Shown here piece by piece: positions 18,431-27,582 of a stretch of 64,000 bases of DNA; the first letter of the stretch is position 1; each line of letters starts with the position of its first letter. The DNA lies in contig OZ244252.1 of NCBI GenBank assembly GCA_965217185.1, positions 3,744,001 to 3,808,000 of the forward strand, read 5' to 3'. The notes below the pieces were generated by a model. The model did not search any database, was not told the origin of the DNA, and saw only the letters and a program-made list of their open reading frames with translations. The translations under genes were made by a program, and so were the position numbers. This DNA comes from an uncultured Candidatus Entotheonella sp. (GTDB taxonomy: Bacteria > Tectomicrobia > Entotheonellia > Entotheonellales > Entotheonellaceae).

Positions 18431-20788
18431 TCAGGTGGTCTTTTTCGGCTTGATCAGCCACGCGCCGAGCGCCGGCAGCAGCACAATGGCGCCGATCATG
18501 TTGACGAGGAACATGAACGTCAGCACCGTGCCCATGTCGGCCTGCAGCTTGAGCGGCGCCACGATCCAGGTTGCCACGCCGGCCGCCAGGGTGAGGCCGG
18601 TCAGCACCACCGCGGCCCCCGCGGTGGCAAGGGTCCGCACGTAGGCGGTCGCAAAGTCGAGGCCCTCCGCCAAGTGGAGACGCAGCTGCCCGTATATATA
18701 GATGCCGTAATCGACGCCGATGCCGATACCGAACGCCACCACCGGCAGCGTCGAGACCTTCAGCCCGATCTCCAGCGCCGCCATGAGCGCATAGGCGAGC
18801 AGCGAGACGGCGGCGAGCGGCACGACGATGCACACCGTTGCCGTCAGCGAGCGGAAGAAGATCAGGCACAGGATGATGACCGCGGCGTAGACGTAGCCGA
18901 GAATCGGGAACTGCGAGGCTGAGACTTCCTCGTTGACCGCAGCCATGACGCCGACGTTACCGGAAGCGAGACGGAAGAGGATGTCCTCGTTCGGGTTGGC
19001 GGCGTTGAACGCCTTGACCGCGTCGACGATGCGCTCGATGGTCACGGCCTTGTGGTCCGCGGTGTAGACCATTACCGGCATGGCGCTGCAATCGGCGTTG
19101 AGCAGGCCGCTGCCGGTCGGCACGTACGTTCCGGTCTGCGCCAGCACGTATGGGTCGCGCGGCACGGTCCGCCATTTGAAGCTGCCTTCCTTGAGGCCGG
19201 ACGCGACCTTGCGAACGGCGCCGCTCAGCGCTGCCACGGATTGCACGCCCTCCACGTTGCGCAGGTGCCACTCGAAGCGGTCCAGGGTGTTCATTACCTC
19301 GTAGTCGATGCAGCCTTCCGACTTGGTTTCCGCGATGACCGTGAAGACGTCGACGCCGATCTCGAAGCGCTCGACGATGGCCGCGGTGTCAAGGTTGTAC
19401 GTGGAGGTTGGGCGCAGTTCCGGCACGCCGTGGTGCTGGTCGCCGATGCGCACCATCGGCGCATAGGAGGCGCCGACGATCATCAGGACGACGGCCAGGC
19501 CGATAGTGACGAGCGCCGGGCCGCGCCGCGCCAAGCCCGCAAAACGGGCCCACAGCGGCGCCAGGCGGCGGTCGCGTTCAAGGGCCGCCTCGCGCTGCCG
19601 GGCGCCGATCGTGACGTAGGAGAGCAGCACCGGCAGGAGTCCCAGATTGGTGAGGATGATGGCGGCAACGCCGAGGCTGGCGGCGATGGCAATTTCCTGA
19701 ATCACCGGCACCGCAATGAGCGAGATGGTCACGAATCCTACGGTGTCGGAGGCGAGCGCCACGGCACCGGGCAACAGCAGGCGGCGCAGGCTGTTGCGCG
19801 CGGCGGTGAGCGGTTCAGCGCCGCCAATCGCTTCGGCGCGCACCGCGCTGACCATCTGCACGCCGTGACTGACCCCGATCGCAAACACCAGAAAGGGCAC
19901 GAGGATGGATATCGGATCGATGCCGAAGCCGAGACCGACAAGCGCGCCGAGCTGCCACACCATGGCAATCAGGGCGCAGGCGAGCAGCATGGCGGTGAAA
20001 CGCAGGGAGCCGGTGTAGACGTAGACGAATAAAGCCGTGATTGCGAAAGTAATAACGAAGAACAGCACGACGCGTACCGCGCCCGCCGCGATGTCCCCCA
20101 CCACCTTGGCGAAGCCGATGACGTGCAAATCCGCGATGGGTTCGCCCCCGTCCGGCGCGCTCGCCTCGGCGCGAATGCGTTCGAGTTCCGCTGCGACGTT
20201 GAGGTAGTCGAGCTTCTTCCCGGTGTTGGGGTCGAATTCCTGCAGCTTGGCGCTGACCAGGGCGCCGGAAAAGTCGTTGGCGACCAGGCGGCCGACGACA
20301 CCGGCCTTGATGACGTTCTCGCGCACCAGCGCCAGGCTTTCGTCGGTTGGCTCGAAATCCGCCGGCAGGACGTCGCCGCTCATGAGGCCGTCCTCGATCA
20401 CCTCGATGAAGCGCACGTTGGGGGTGAGGATGGAATAGACCTGGGTGCGGTCGACGCCGGGCAGGAAGAACACGGCGTCCGTCACTCGGCGCAGCAAGGC
20501 GAAAAACTCGGGCGTGAACATGTTGCCGTCGCGTGCCATCACCGCCACGGCTACACGGTCGGCGCTGCCGAATTCGTCGCGATACTCAAGGAAGGTCTGC
20601 ATGTAATCGTGTTCGACCGGCAACAGCTTGGTGAAGCCGGCGTCCACGCGCAACCCGGTGGCCAGCCACGCCAGCGCCACCGTGACCACCACGAAGACGG
20701 CGAGGGTCACGAGGCGGCGGCCGAACACCAGACGGTCGATGAAGGTGGCGATGGGATGCCCGTTTCCGCTTGTCGCTGCTGCCGCCAT
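18431..20788 (-). CDS. MMPL/RND family transporter
   Basis: Two RND halves, AIGVSHGVQ and GIGIGVDYGIY motifs. Confidence 0.92.
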   Translation of the reverse strand: MAAAATSGNGHPIATFIDRLVFGRRLVTLAVFVVVTVALAWLATGLRVDAGFTKLLPVEHDYMQTFLEYRDEFGSADRVAVAVMARDGNMFTPEFFALLRRVTDAVFFLPGVDRTQVYSILTPNVRFIEVIEDGLMSGDVLPADFEPTDESLALVRENVIKAGVVGRLVANDFSGALVSAKLQEFDPNTGKKLDYLNVAAELERIRAEASAPDGGEPIADLHVIGFAKVVGDIAAGAVRVVLFFVITFAITALFVYVYTGSLRFTAMLLACALIAMVWQLGALVGLGFGIDPISILVPFLVFAIGVSHGVQMVSAVRAEAIGGAEPLTAARNSLRRLLLPGAVALASDTVGFVTISLIAVPVIQEIAIAASLGVAAIILTNLGLLPVLLSYVTIGARQREAALERDRRLAPLWARFAGLARRGPALVTIGLAVVLMIVGASYAPMVRIGDQHHGVPELRPTSTYNLDTAAIVERFEIGVDVFTVIAETKSEGCIDYEVMNTLDRFEWHLRNVEGVQSVAALSGAVRKVASGLKEGSFKWRTVPRDPYVLAQTGTYVPTGSGLLNADCSAMPVMVYTADHKAVTIERIVDAVKAFNAANPNEDILFRLASGNVGVMAAVNEEVSASQFPILGYVYAAVIILCLIFFRSLTATVCIVVPLAAVSLLAYALMAALEIGLKVSTLPVVAFGIGIGVDYGIYIYGQLRLHLAEGLDFATAYVRTLATAGAAVVLTGLTLAAGVATWIVAPLKLQADMGTVLTFMFLVNMIGAIVLLPALGAWLIKPKKTT

Positions 20789-20797
20789 TACGCCCGC

Positions 20798-21832
20798 CTA
20801 TTCGATTTCGGAAAGGGGTTCGACCCCGGATTCCCCGACCAGCACGACGCTGCCGTCGGCTGTTGCCAGGGCGGTGGATATGCCTTGCCGCGAGGGTAGG
20901 GTCCGGTACGAGACGCTGAGACCGTTGTCGCGGCTGGTCAGAAGGGCACCGGCGAGGCCGGTGATCAGGATCAGGTCGGGGTTCACCTGCACGAGGTCGG
21001 TCAGCGTTGCGGTTGTGCCGGTTTCGATCTGCGTCCAGCTTTCGCCCGCATCCTCGGAACGGAACAGGCGGCCGCGAAGCCCTGCGACGAGCACCGTATC
21101 CGCGTCCAGGGCCAAGGCGCCGAACCATGAGCCGCTGTAGGGTGAGGGCAAGGCGCGCCACGTCTCGCCGCCATCGTCGGAGCGGTACAGAACGCCCGCC
21201 TCACCGGCGAGAAAGAGCCGGTCGGGTCCGGCCGGTGCAATGGCGTTAAGGTGGAAATCGTCCTCGAAGTCACTACCTGCGGCATGAAGCAGCGGCGGTC
21301 CGCTCTCTCCCTCGTCGTCTTCCCAGCAACCGTTGCGGCAGGTCCAGGTGTCGGCGCCGTCCGCGGTGGCGATGAAGGTGCCGAAAGCGCCCACCGCGAA
21401 GCCGTTGTCTGCGTCGCGGAACCAGATATCGAGCAGCGGTAGTTGCGCTTGCGGCGCGTAGTGAGCCAGTTGCCACGTCTCGCCGCCGTCGCGCGTGCGC
21501 AGGATGACCGCGTCGTGCCCAACCGCCCAGCCCGATTGCGCGTCTTGCATGCGCACCGCCGTCAGCATGACCTGCACCGGCACCCGCGCCTGCGTCCAGG
21601 TCTCCCCGTCATCATCGGAAAACAAGATATGACCGCGTTCGCCGACCACGACCAAGCGCGACCCGGCCGCCGCTCCGTCAAGCAACAGCGAGGTCGCGGC
21701 AAGCCGAGACTCGACCGCCGGCATCTGGGCCGCCGCGGGTGCAACCAGCGCCGCGCAGACGGTCAGGACGAGCCACAGCCCGAGGCGTCCGCCACACGCG
21801 AGCAGAGCGGTTTCCCTTCGCCGCCCGGCCAA
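20798..21832 (-). CDS. YCF48-related/BNR (Asp-box) repeat protein
   Basis: Repeated SDDDGETW, TRDGGETW, SDDGGETW, SEDAGESW boxes and VVGERGHIL; start uncertain (TTG near 21832). Confidence 0.85.
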   Translation of the reverse strand: MAGRRRETALLACGGRLGLWLVLTVCAALVAPAAAQMPAVESRLAATSLLLDGAAAGSRLVVVGERGHILFSDDDGETWTQARVPVQVMLTAVRMQDAQSGWAVGHDAVILRTRDGGETWQLAHYAPQAQLPLLDIWFRDADNGFAVGAFGTFIATADGADTWTCRNGCWEDDEGESGPPLLHAAGSDFEDDFHLNAIAPAGPDRLFLAGEAGVLYRSDDGGETWRALPSPYSGSWFGALALDADTVLVAGLRGRLFRSEDAGESWTQIETGTTATLTDLVQVNPDLILITGLAGALLTSRDNGLSVSYRTLPSRQGISTALATADGSVVLVGESGVEPLSEIE

Positions 21833-21834
21833 AA

Positions 21835-23196
21835 TCAGCGCCGGCCTTCGCGGCGCAGGGCCGCCGGGGTGAAGTCGCGTGACTTTGCCACCACGTCCTG
21901 CGTGCACATGGGGAATTCGTTGTCGAGGCCGAGGGCGAGGTAGCGTCCGGCCTGCAGGTCGGTGTGCACCTCAAGCGTCGACCAGATCAGCGGCTTTTCG
22001 TAGTAGTTGATGACGTGCGCTTCCGACACCCGCCAGAGCTCGTCGCGGTTGTCGTAGATGTCGGCCAGCATGATCTGCCAGGAATCCTCGTCGATGTAGA
22101 GGGTGCGCCGGTTGTAGATGTGCCGTGCGCCCTCCTTGAGGGTGGCCTCGACCACCCACACCCGATGCAGCTCATAGCGCAGGTGCGCCGGGTTGACGTG
22201 CAGCGGGGTGAGGACGTCGGCGAAGGTTATCTGGTCGCTGTGCAACTCGTAGGCGTTATACGGCACGTAGATTTCGCGCTTGCCGACAAGTTGCCAGTCG
22301 TAGCGGTCGACGGCGCCGTTGAACATGTCGAACTGATCGGCGGTGCGCAGCCCGTCCGTGGTGGTGCCCGGGTTGTCATAGGCGACGTTCGGCGCCCGCC
22401 GCACCCGGCGCTGGCCGGGGTTGTAGGTCCAGGCGTTGCGCGGCTCGCGTACCTGGTTCATGGTCTCGTGCACCAGCAGGATGTCGCCCGCCAACCGCGC
22501 CGGCGCCAGCACCTTCTGCTTGAACAGGATCATGGTGTTGTCGAGGTCTTCCTCGGTCATGCCCGGCAGCGAGTAGCGCATCTCGATTTCGAGGTCGTAC
22601 TTGACGACCGTGTAAGCGCCGCCGCGTGTCACCGCGGCCTGGCCGATGGTGCAGGCGATTGTCTCGCCCCGGTAGCGCAGCAGGTGGTTCCAGACGGCTT
22701 CCAGGCCGTTGGACGGGATGGGGAAGGGGATGCCGATCACCGCACCGCCGACGCCGTTGCCGTCGTCCACCAGATTCGCGGTAGCAGCGATATTCCGGGT
22801 GGCGTCGTAGATGCGCTGCGGCGCCGAGGCGCTGCGCCGGGTCGGATAGACCTGCATCTCGAAGGACGGATAGGTTTCCAGCATGCGCTGGTGCCCGACC
22901 GACAGTTTGTCGCGGTGCTCGTCGAGGTTGGCGGCGTTGATGACGAAGAGCGGCTGGTCGCCGCCGTACGGGTCGCGGTGATGCTCGCCGACGACGTAGC
23001 CGTCCGGCGGCGTGGTGATGCCGCCGGTCCATTCCGGGATGGTGCCGTCGGCGTTGCCCGCCCGCTCGCCGCCGAGGGGCGTGAGGTCGTTGCCGAGCCG
23101 CGCGAGTTGTTCCTCCGTGACCTCCGCAGCGGCGGGGTAGGCAAGAGCACTCACGAGCGCGAGCGCGACCCAAAGTCGAAGGGTCGATTTATTCAT
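21835..23196 (-). CDS. DUF1329 family exported protein
   Basis: Signal peptide; LTPLGGERAGNADGTIPEWTGG, YNPGQRRVRRAP, RYELHRVWVVEATLK, DEDSW. Confidence 0.9.
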   Translation of the reverse strand: MNKSTLRLWVALALVSALAYPAAAEVTEEQLARLGNDLTPLGGERAGNADGTIPEWTGGITTPPDGYVVGEHHRDPYGGDQPLFVINAANLDEHRDKLSVGHQRMLETYPSFEMQVYPTRRSASAPQRIYDATRNIAATANLVDDGNGVGGAVIGIPFPIPSNGLEAVWNHLLRYRGETIACTIGQAAVTRGGAYTVVKYDLEIEMRYSLPGMTEEDLDNTMILFKQKVLAPARLAGDILLVHETMNQVREPRNAWTYNPGQRRVRRAPNVAYDNPGTTTDGLRTADQFDMFNGAVDRYDWQLVGKREIYVPYNAYELHSDQITFADVLTPLHVNPAHLRYELHRVWVVEATLKEGARHIYNRRTLYIDEDSWQIMLADIYDNRDELWRVSEAHVINYYEKPLIWSTLEVHTDLQAGRYLALGLDNEFPMCTQDVVAKSRDFTPAALRREGRR

Positions 23197-23208
23197 GGTC
23201 CTTAGCCC

Positions 23209-25677
23209 TCAGAATGAGTATTTGACGGTGGCGGAGATGAAATCGCGGTCGTGCAGTTCGTTTTCCTTGCCGCCGTACATGGTGAGATTGAGGTTGGCCT
23301 CCCAGCGGCTGAGATAGCCGGCGCGCAGCCCGAGGGTCACCGCGGTGCGGCCCTCCACGAACGAACCGCTGGGTGAAGGGCTGTTGCCGCCGACGTCGTG
23401 CTGGAACTGCAGGTACGGGAACAGGTTCACCGCGCCGATAGCGTTGTTGTAGTCCAGCCGCATCGCCAGCCGGTAACCCCACGAGGTGGCTTCGGCGTCG
23501 CTGCTGTACGTATATGGGTCGCCGTCGGGCTCGCCGGCGGGGCTTTCGATGGGGATGGCGCCGGCAAAGGCCGGGTTTGGGCTCCCGTCGGGATTCGTGG
23601 TGCTGATCCCCTTGCCTTCCGGCATGTCGTGCACGTTCAATACCGCGACTTCGCTCACGAACGCCCCGCTGTCCGAACCCAGGGTGGGGCCGAACACCTT
23701 GGTGGCGGTGACCTGTGCTTGGCTCATGTCGCGCAGAATGTAGCCGCGGCCGGGGCCGTCCGAGTCATACTCGCCGTCGGCGGCCTTCCGCGCGATACAC
23801 TGGGAGGCCGTTGAGGCGGGATCTTGCGCCACAGCCGCCGCCGCCAAGCACTCGGTGAACGGCCCGAGGGCATTGGCGAAGACCTTGCGCTCCGCGAGTT
23901 GCAGCGGCGCGTCCGGGCGGAAGGAGTATTCGCCCTGCAACGCCCACCCCGTTGTTCCGACCTCGGTACTGAAGCTGACACCGAGGAGCTGGATATCCTC
24001 CAGATACTCGATGAAGTAGTAAGCATTTTCAGTGTACTTGTCGATGCCGATGGGTGCGGCCAATATGGCTGCCTGCCCGCCTGCCGCCGCGGCCTTGTTC
24101 CGGATGTCTGCCTCGGCGGCGGGGTTTGCGCTGAACAGGGCGGCCGCGGCGGCCTCGGGAGCGGCGCCAATGACGGCCCTGACGGTTTCCAGATCCATGA
24201 GAACGACCCCGGCGGCGGCCTGTACGCCTGCCGCCCCAGCGAGGGCGGCCTGAATGGCAGCAGGGTCGCCGTCGTTAGCGGCATCCAGTACGCCCGCGGT
24301 GATGAGGGCCTGCACGATAGAGCGGGCAGTGTCGGTCGCCGGGTTCCTGAGAGCAGTGCCGATGGCGTCCTGGACGACCATGCTGCCAGCCGGGGTGCCG
24401 GCGGCGGCTCCGACAATCGCGCCGGCTGTGGCCGGATTCGCCGGATCCAAAAGAGCGGCGCCGATGGCTACTGCGGTGAGGGCAGCGCCGGTGTCCGCGC
24501 CGACCTTTCCGGCCAGCCCGAGAACGTGGCTGAGGCCGGCCAGAGCGTCCGCACTCGTTCCGGTGTGCCCACTGACAACCGGCAGACGACTGTGGTAGTT
24601 GATGTAGTAGAAGCCGAAATCGGTGCTGTTCAATCCTTCGGCGAAGTAGCGGAGCGCGGCGCCCCACTGGCCCGCATCATCCGGCCTGTGGTCCGCGTGG
24701 CGCGGGACGATCAGGAAATTGGACAGGAATTCGTCATCCGGCTGAAACATCCGGCCCTGCGGGCACCCCCCTTGCATAGACCCCGGAGAGGGGAAGACGC
24801 ACGTTGGCGGAATGCCGAGACTGCCGAGCGCTGGCGTGAAGAAATTGTTCTCCGGCGTGAGGCCCATGTCCCCGAGGTCCAGTCCGGGAAGGGCGATTAC
24901 CGCCTTCCCGGCGCCCGGGCCGACGTAGTCGGTGACCGAGAAGTAGCTTCCGGCTGGGTCAATCTTCGTCCTCTGCCAGTCGAGTTGATAGAAGCCCTCC
25001 ATCGACAGCGTGTCGGTCAGCAATACCGAGGCCGAGACCATTGGCACCGGCACCAGCCCTTCGCGCAGCTCCGAGCCCGGCAGCCGGAGCTTGCTCACGT
25101 CGAAGGGGTTGATGGCGTTGATGCCGTTCTGGATGAACGTGCTCTCGCCCCAGTTCAGGACGTGGCTGCCGAGGCGCAGGTCGATCGCCACGTTTCCAAT
25201 ATCGAATGCGCCGGTGAGGTAGGCGTCGAGCAAAATGATGTCCTGCCCCACCAGTTCCTTCGCCTCATCGCTCAGGGGGGTGCGTTCCCGCTCGCCATGC
25301 TCGTTTTCGAAGTCGAGAAAGCCATTGAGGCGCAGGAAGGCGCCGAAGTTGCGGTAGCCGAGGTCGATGTCGGTGGTGAATTTGGAGGTGTTGCTGACGA
25401 GGCCGGGTTTGTAGTTAAGGTCGCCGTCGTTGCCATTGACGTCACCAATCAGAAGGTCATCCTGATCCTGGATACGGAAGGTGAGGCCGTGCGACAGGGT
25501 GGTGTCGAGACTGAGCCGCAGGTCGCCGTCGCTGAGATCTATCGCCTGCGCGGGCGGTGGGCTTGCGACGGCTCCGAGGGCGTAGACGCAGAGGGCCGCA
25601 ACGGCCAGGGCGCGAAGACCTCCAAGCCACAGGTTCGGTAGCATCTGGCGGCATTGGCCGCACGGTATTGCGTGCAT
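23209..25677 (-). CDS. DUF1302 family outer-membrane protein with Ala-rich insertion
   Basis: NGNDGDLNY, LNWGESTFIQNGIN, YHSRLP, and C-terminal DRDFISATVKYSF barrel signature; start may be the ATG at 25644. Confidence 0.88.
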   Translation of the reverse strand: MHAIPCGQCRQMLPNLWLGGLRALAVAALCVYALGAVASPPPAQAIDLSDGDLRLSLDTTLSHGLTFRIQDQDDLLIGDVNGNDGDLNYKPGLVSNTSKFTTDIDLGYRNFGAFLRLNGFLDFENEHGERERTPLSDEAKELVGQDIILLDAYLTGAFDIGNVAIDLRLGSHVLNWGESTFIQNGINAINPFDVSKLRLPGSELREGLVPVPMVSASVLLTDTLSMEGFYQLDWQRTKIDPAGSYFSVTDYVGPGAGKAVIALPGLDLGDMGLTPENNFFTPALGSLGIPPTCVFPSPGSMQGGCPQGRMFQPDDEFLSNFLIVPRHADHRPDDAGQWGAALRYFAEGLNSTDFGFYYINYHSRLPVVSGHTGTSADALAGLSHVLGLAGKVGADTGAALTAVAIGAALLDPANPATAGAIVGAAAGTPAGSMVVQDAIGTALRNPATDTARSIVQALITAGVLDAANDGDPAAIQAALAGAAGVQAAAGVVLMDLETVRAVIGAAPEAAAAALFSANPAAEADIRNKAAAAGGQAAILAAPIGIDKYTENAYYFIEYLEDIQLLGVSFSTEVGTTGWALQGEYSFRPDAPLQLAERKVFANALGPFTECLAAAAVAQDPASTASQCIARKAADGEYDSDGPGRGYILRDMSQAQVTATKVFGPTLGSDSGAFVSEVAVLNVHDMPEGKGISTTNPDGSPNPAFAGAIPIESPAGEPDGDPYTYSSDAEATSWGYRLAMRLDYNNAIGAVNLFPYLQFQHDVGGNSPSPSGSFVEGRTAVTLGLRAGYLSRWEANLNLTMYGGKENELHDRDFISATVKYSF

Positions 25678-25899
25678 GAACGAATCCTCATAGAGCTATG
25701 TTTGGCAGCAAGTTATGATGTGGCTTCCTACCCCAAAACCTTTACAGGAATACAGGGCGGGCGGGGATGGTGTCAAGGTTGATTTTCCGGCGGGCTTGGC
25801 TGCCCGTGAAGAATTGCATTGGCCCCTAGCGGTTATGCGTCGTATACTGAGAACCATTCATTATCCCAGTAGCTCTCCAGTAGCTGTGAGGAGGTCGTA

Positions 25900-26112
25900 A
25901 TGTTCGGTCTAGGCGTGCAAGAACTGGTTATCATCCTCGCCATTGCCATGTTGTTTTTCGGTGGCAAGAAGATCCCGGAGATCGCCAAGGGCTTGGGCAA
26001 AGGCATTCGGGAATTCAAGACGGCCAGCGAAAAAGCGACGGACGATGTGACGGACGCAATCGAAGGCGACGGGGACGAGGAGTCCAAGAAGGTCGAAAGC
26101 AAGACGTCGTAA
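25900..26112 (+). CDS. tatA: twin-arginine translocase subunit TatA/E
   Basis: MFGLGVQELVIILAIAMLFFGGKKIPEIAKGLGKGIREFK; GGAGG RBS. Confidence 0.95.
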   Translation: MFGLGVQELVIILAIAMLFFGGKKIPEIAKGLGKGIREFKTASEKATDDVTDAIEGDGDEESKKVESKTS

Positions 26113-26290
26113 CGTGACGCTTCGCCGATCCGCCTAACCAGGAGGCTCTTCAGAACGTGCCGTCCAGTCTCTCCGCATAGCCGCGTCAGCGGTTGCTTGC
26201 CCCAGTGTGCCCCATCCCTATTCTCGGGTTGTCGTGATTGCGGGCTGAGGTGCCCGGCATAGAGACGATGTTTACCAAGGCACAACGAGT

Positions 26291-26335
26291 CCGTGCTTCT
26301 TATGTATGGAAAGAAGCACGGCAAATTTTTGTTTT
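26291..26335 (+). terminator. hairpin CCGTGCTTCTT-N9-AAGAAGCACGG followed by a T-rich tract
   Basis: Perfect 11-bp stem, then CAAATTTTTGTTTT. Confidence 0.55.
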
Positions 26336-26380
26336 AAGGTGGAAAGGTGTCAACCATCCACTGAACTGAAAGGATAGACC

Positions 26381-27520
26381 ATGCAAAACGCTAAATTGAG
26401 AAAGAGGCTGTTCGCGATGTTGGCCGTTGCGGCCTTGACGGCGCTGTTTGTACTGGCCGGCTGCGGCGATGATGACGATGGTGAAGAGACGATGATGCCC
26501 GAGCCGATGGGCTACAAGGTTACGGTGACCAATAACCTGTCGGAAGAACTTTTCGCACCGATTGTCGTGACCCATGCCAGCAATGATAATCTCCTGTTCG
26601 ACGGCGACAACTATGTCACCATGGCGGCTCAGACGCAGATTCTTACCGGTAGCCCAGATGACGTGTCCGCGGCGATTGAAGCTGATGGAGGTTACGCGGT
26701 GATCGACAAGGGGACGGAGCCTGATCCCCATGGCAATATGGTTCTGCTAGGTCCCGACCAATCCATTGAGATCATGTTCGACGGCGATGCCACGGCGCTT
26801 CGTATCCTCGCCATGGTTGCGCCTACCATGTATGACGATCACTATGTCTCCGCGGTGGCGGACGTGCCGATGAATGGCTCCGTCACGGTGCCGCTTTCCC
26901 GGTTCGACATCGGCTACGATGAGATGACGATGGATAATATGCGGCTGATGGATATCCGGCTGGTTGCCGAGAACGCAGGAACGGTGACTATTGAACGCCT
27001 CGGCGACGCGATGGCGGACGATGGTGACATGATGGACGCGGTCACTTACACCGTCGAGGTGACTAATGACCTGTCCGAGTCCGGGGAACTCTTCGCCCCG
27101 ATTGTGGTGACCCGCGCGAACGATGAGCATTACCTGTTTGATGGCACCTATGTCACCGATGAGGCCAAGGACCAGATTCTTACCGGTAGCCCGGCTATGG
27201 TCATTGATGTCATCGGAGAAGACAACGCGGTGTTCGGCACGGGTTCTCTTATGCCTCCTCTGCTTACGCCTGGCGAACCCGCTTCAATCATGTTCGACAC
27301 CGACGCGACGGCGCTTCGCATTATCGCCATGGTCGCCCCCACCCCTGATTATCCGGACAACTACGTATCAGCGGTTGTGAACGTCGCCGATTTAATGTCC
27401 GATGAGTCCGTCACGGCGCCACTCACACGGTTTGACATCGGCGATGACGAAATGACGATGGATATCACTCGGATTGACGACGACATGACCGTTGGAACGG
27501 TGATGATCACCCGACAATAG
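26381..27520 (+). CDS. lipoprotein with two tandem spondin_N-like domains
   Basis: LAGC lipobox; duplicated Y.V.VTN...ELFAPIVVT...ILTGSP...ATALRI.AMVAPT...YVSAV unit; very Asp- and Met-rich. Confidence 0.75.
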   Translation: MQNAKLRKRLFAMLAVAALTALFVLAGCGDDDDGEETMMPEPMGYKVTVTNNLSEELFAPIVVTHASNDNLLFDGDNYVTMAAQTQILTGSPDDVSAAIEADGGYAVIDKGTEPDPHGNMVLLGPDQSIEIMFDGDATALRILAMVAPTMYDDHYVSAVADVPMNGSVTVPLSRFDIGYDEMTMDNMRLMDIRLVAENAGTVTIERLGDAMADDGDMMDAVTYTVEVTNDLSESGELFAPIVVTRANDEHYLFDGTYVTDEAKDQILTGSPAMVIDVIGEDNAVFGTGSLMPPLLTPGEPASIMFDTDATALRIIAMVAPTPDYPDNYVSAVVNVADLMSDESVTAPLTRFDIGDDEMTMDITRIDDDMTVGTVMITRQ

Positions 27521-27582
27521 ACCGACCCGACGGCGTAACCTTCATGGGTGTATCCGACGACTGGACCGCCAAGGGTGCACCC

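Noticed and set aside
23824..25641. 605-aa plus-strand ORF (and similar long ORFs such as 2166..3449, 21964..23205, 40910..42145, 56018..57370, 62471..63874)
   Set aside because: Antisense shadows of well-supported genes, expected in high-GC DNA.
26381..26470. Tat signal in the lipoprotein next to tatA
   Set aside because: The sequence is LRKRLF, not a twin-arginine RRxFL; it looks like a Sec lipoprotein signal.
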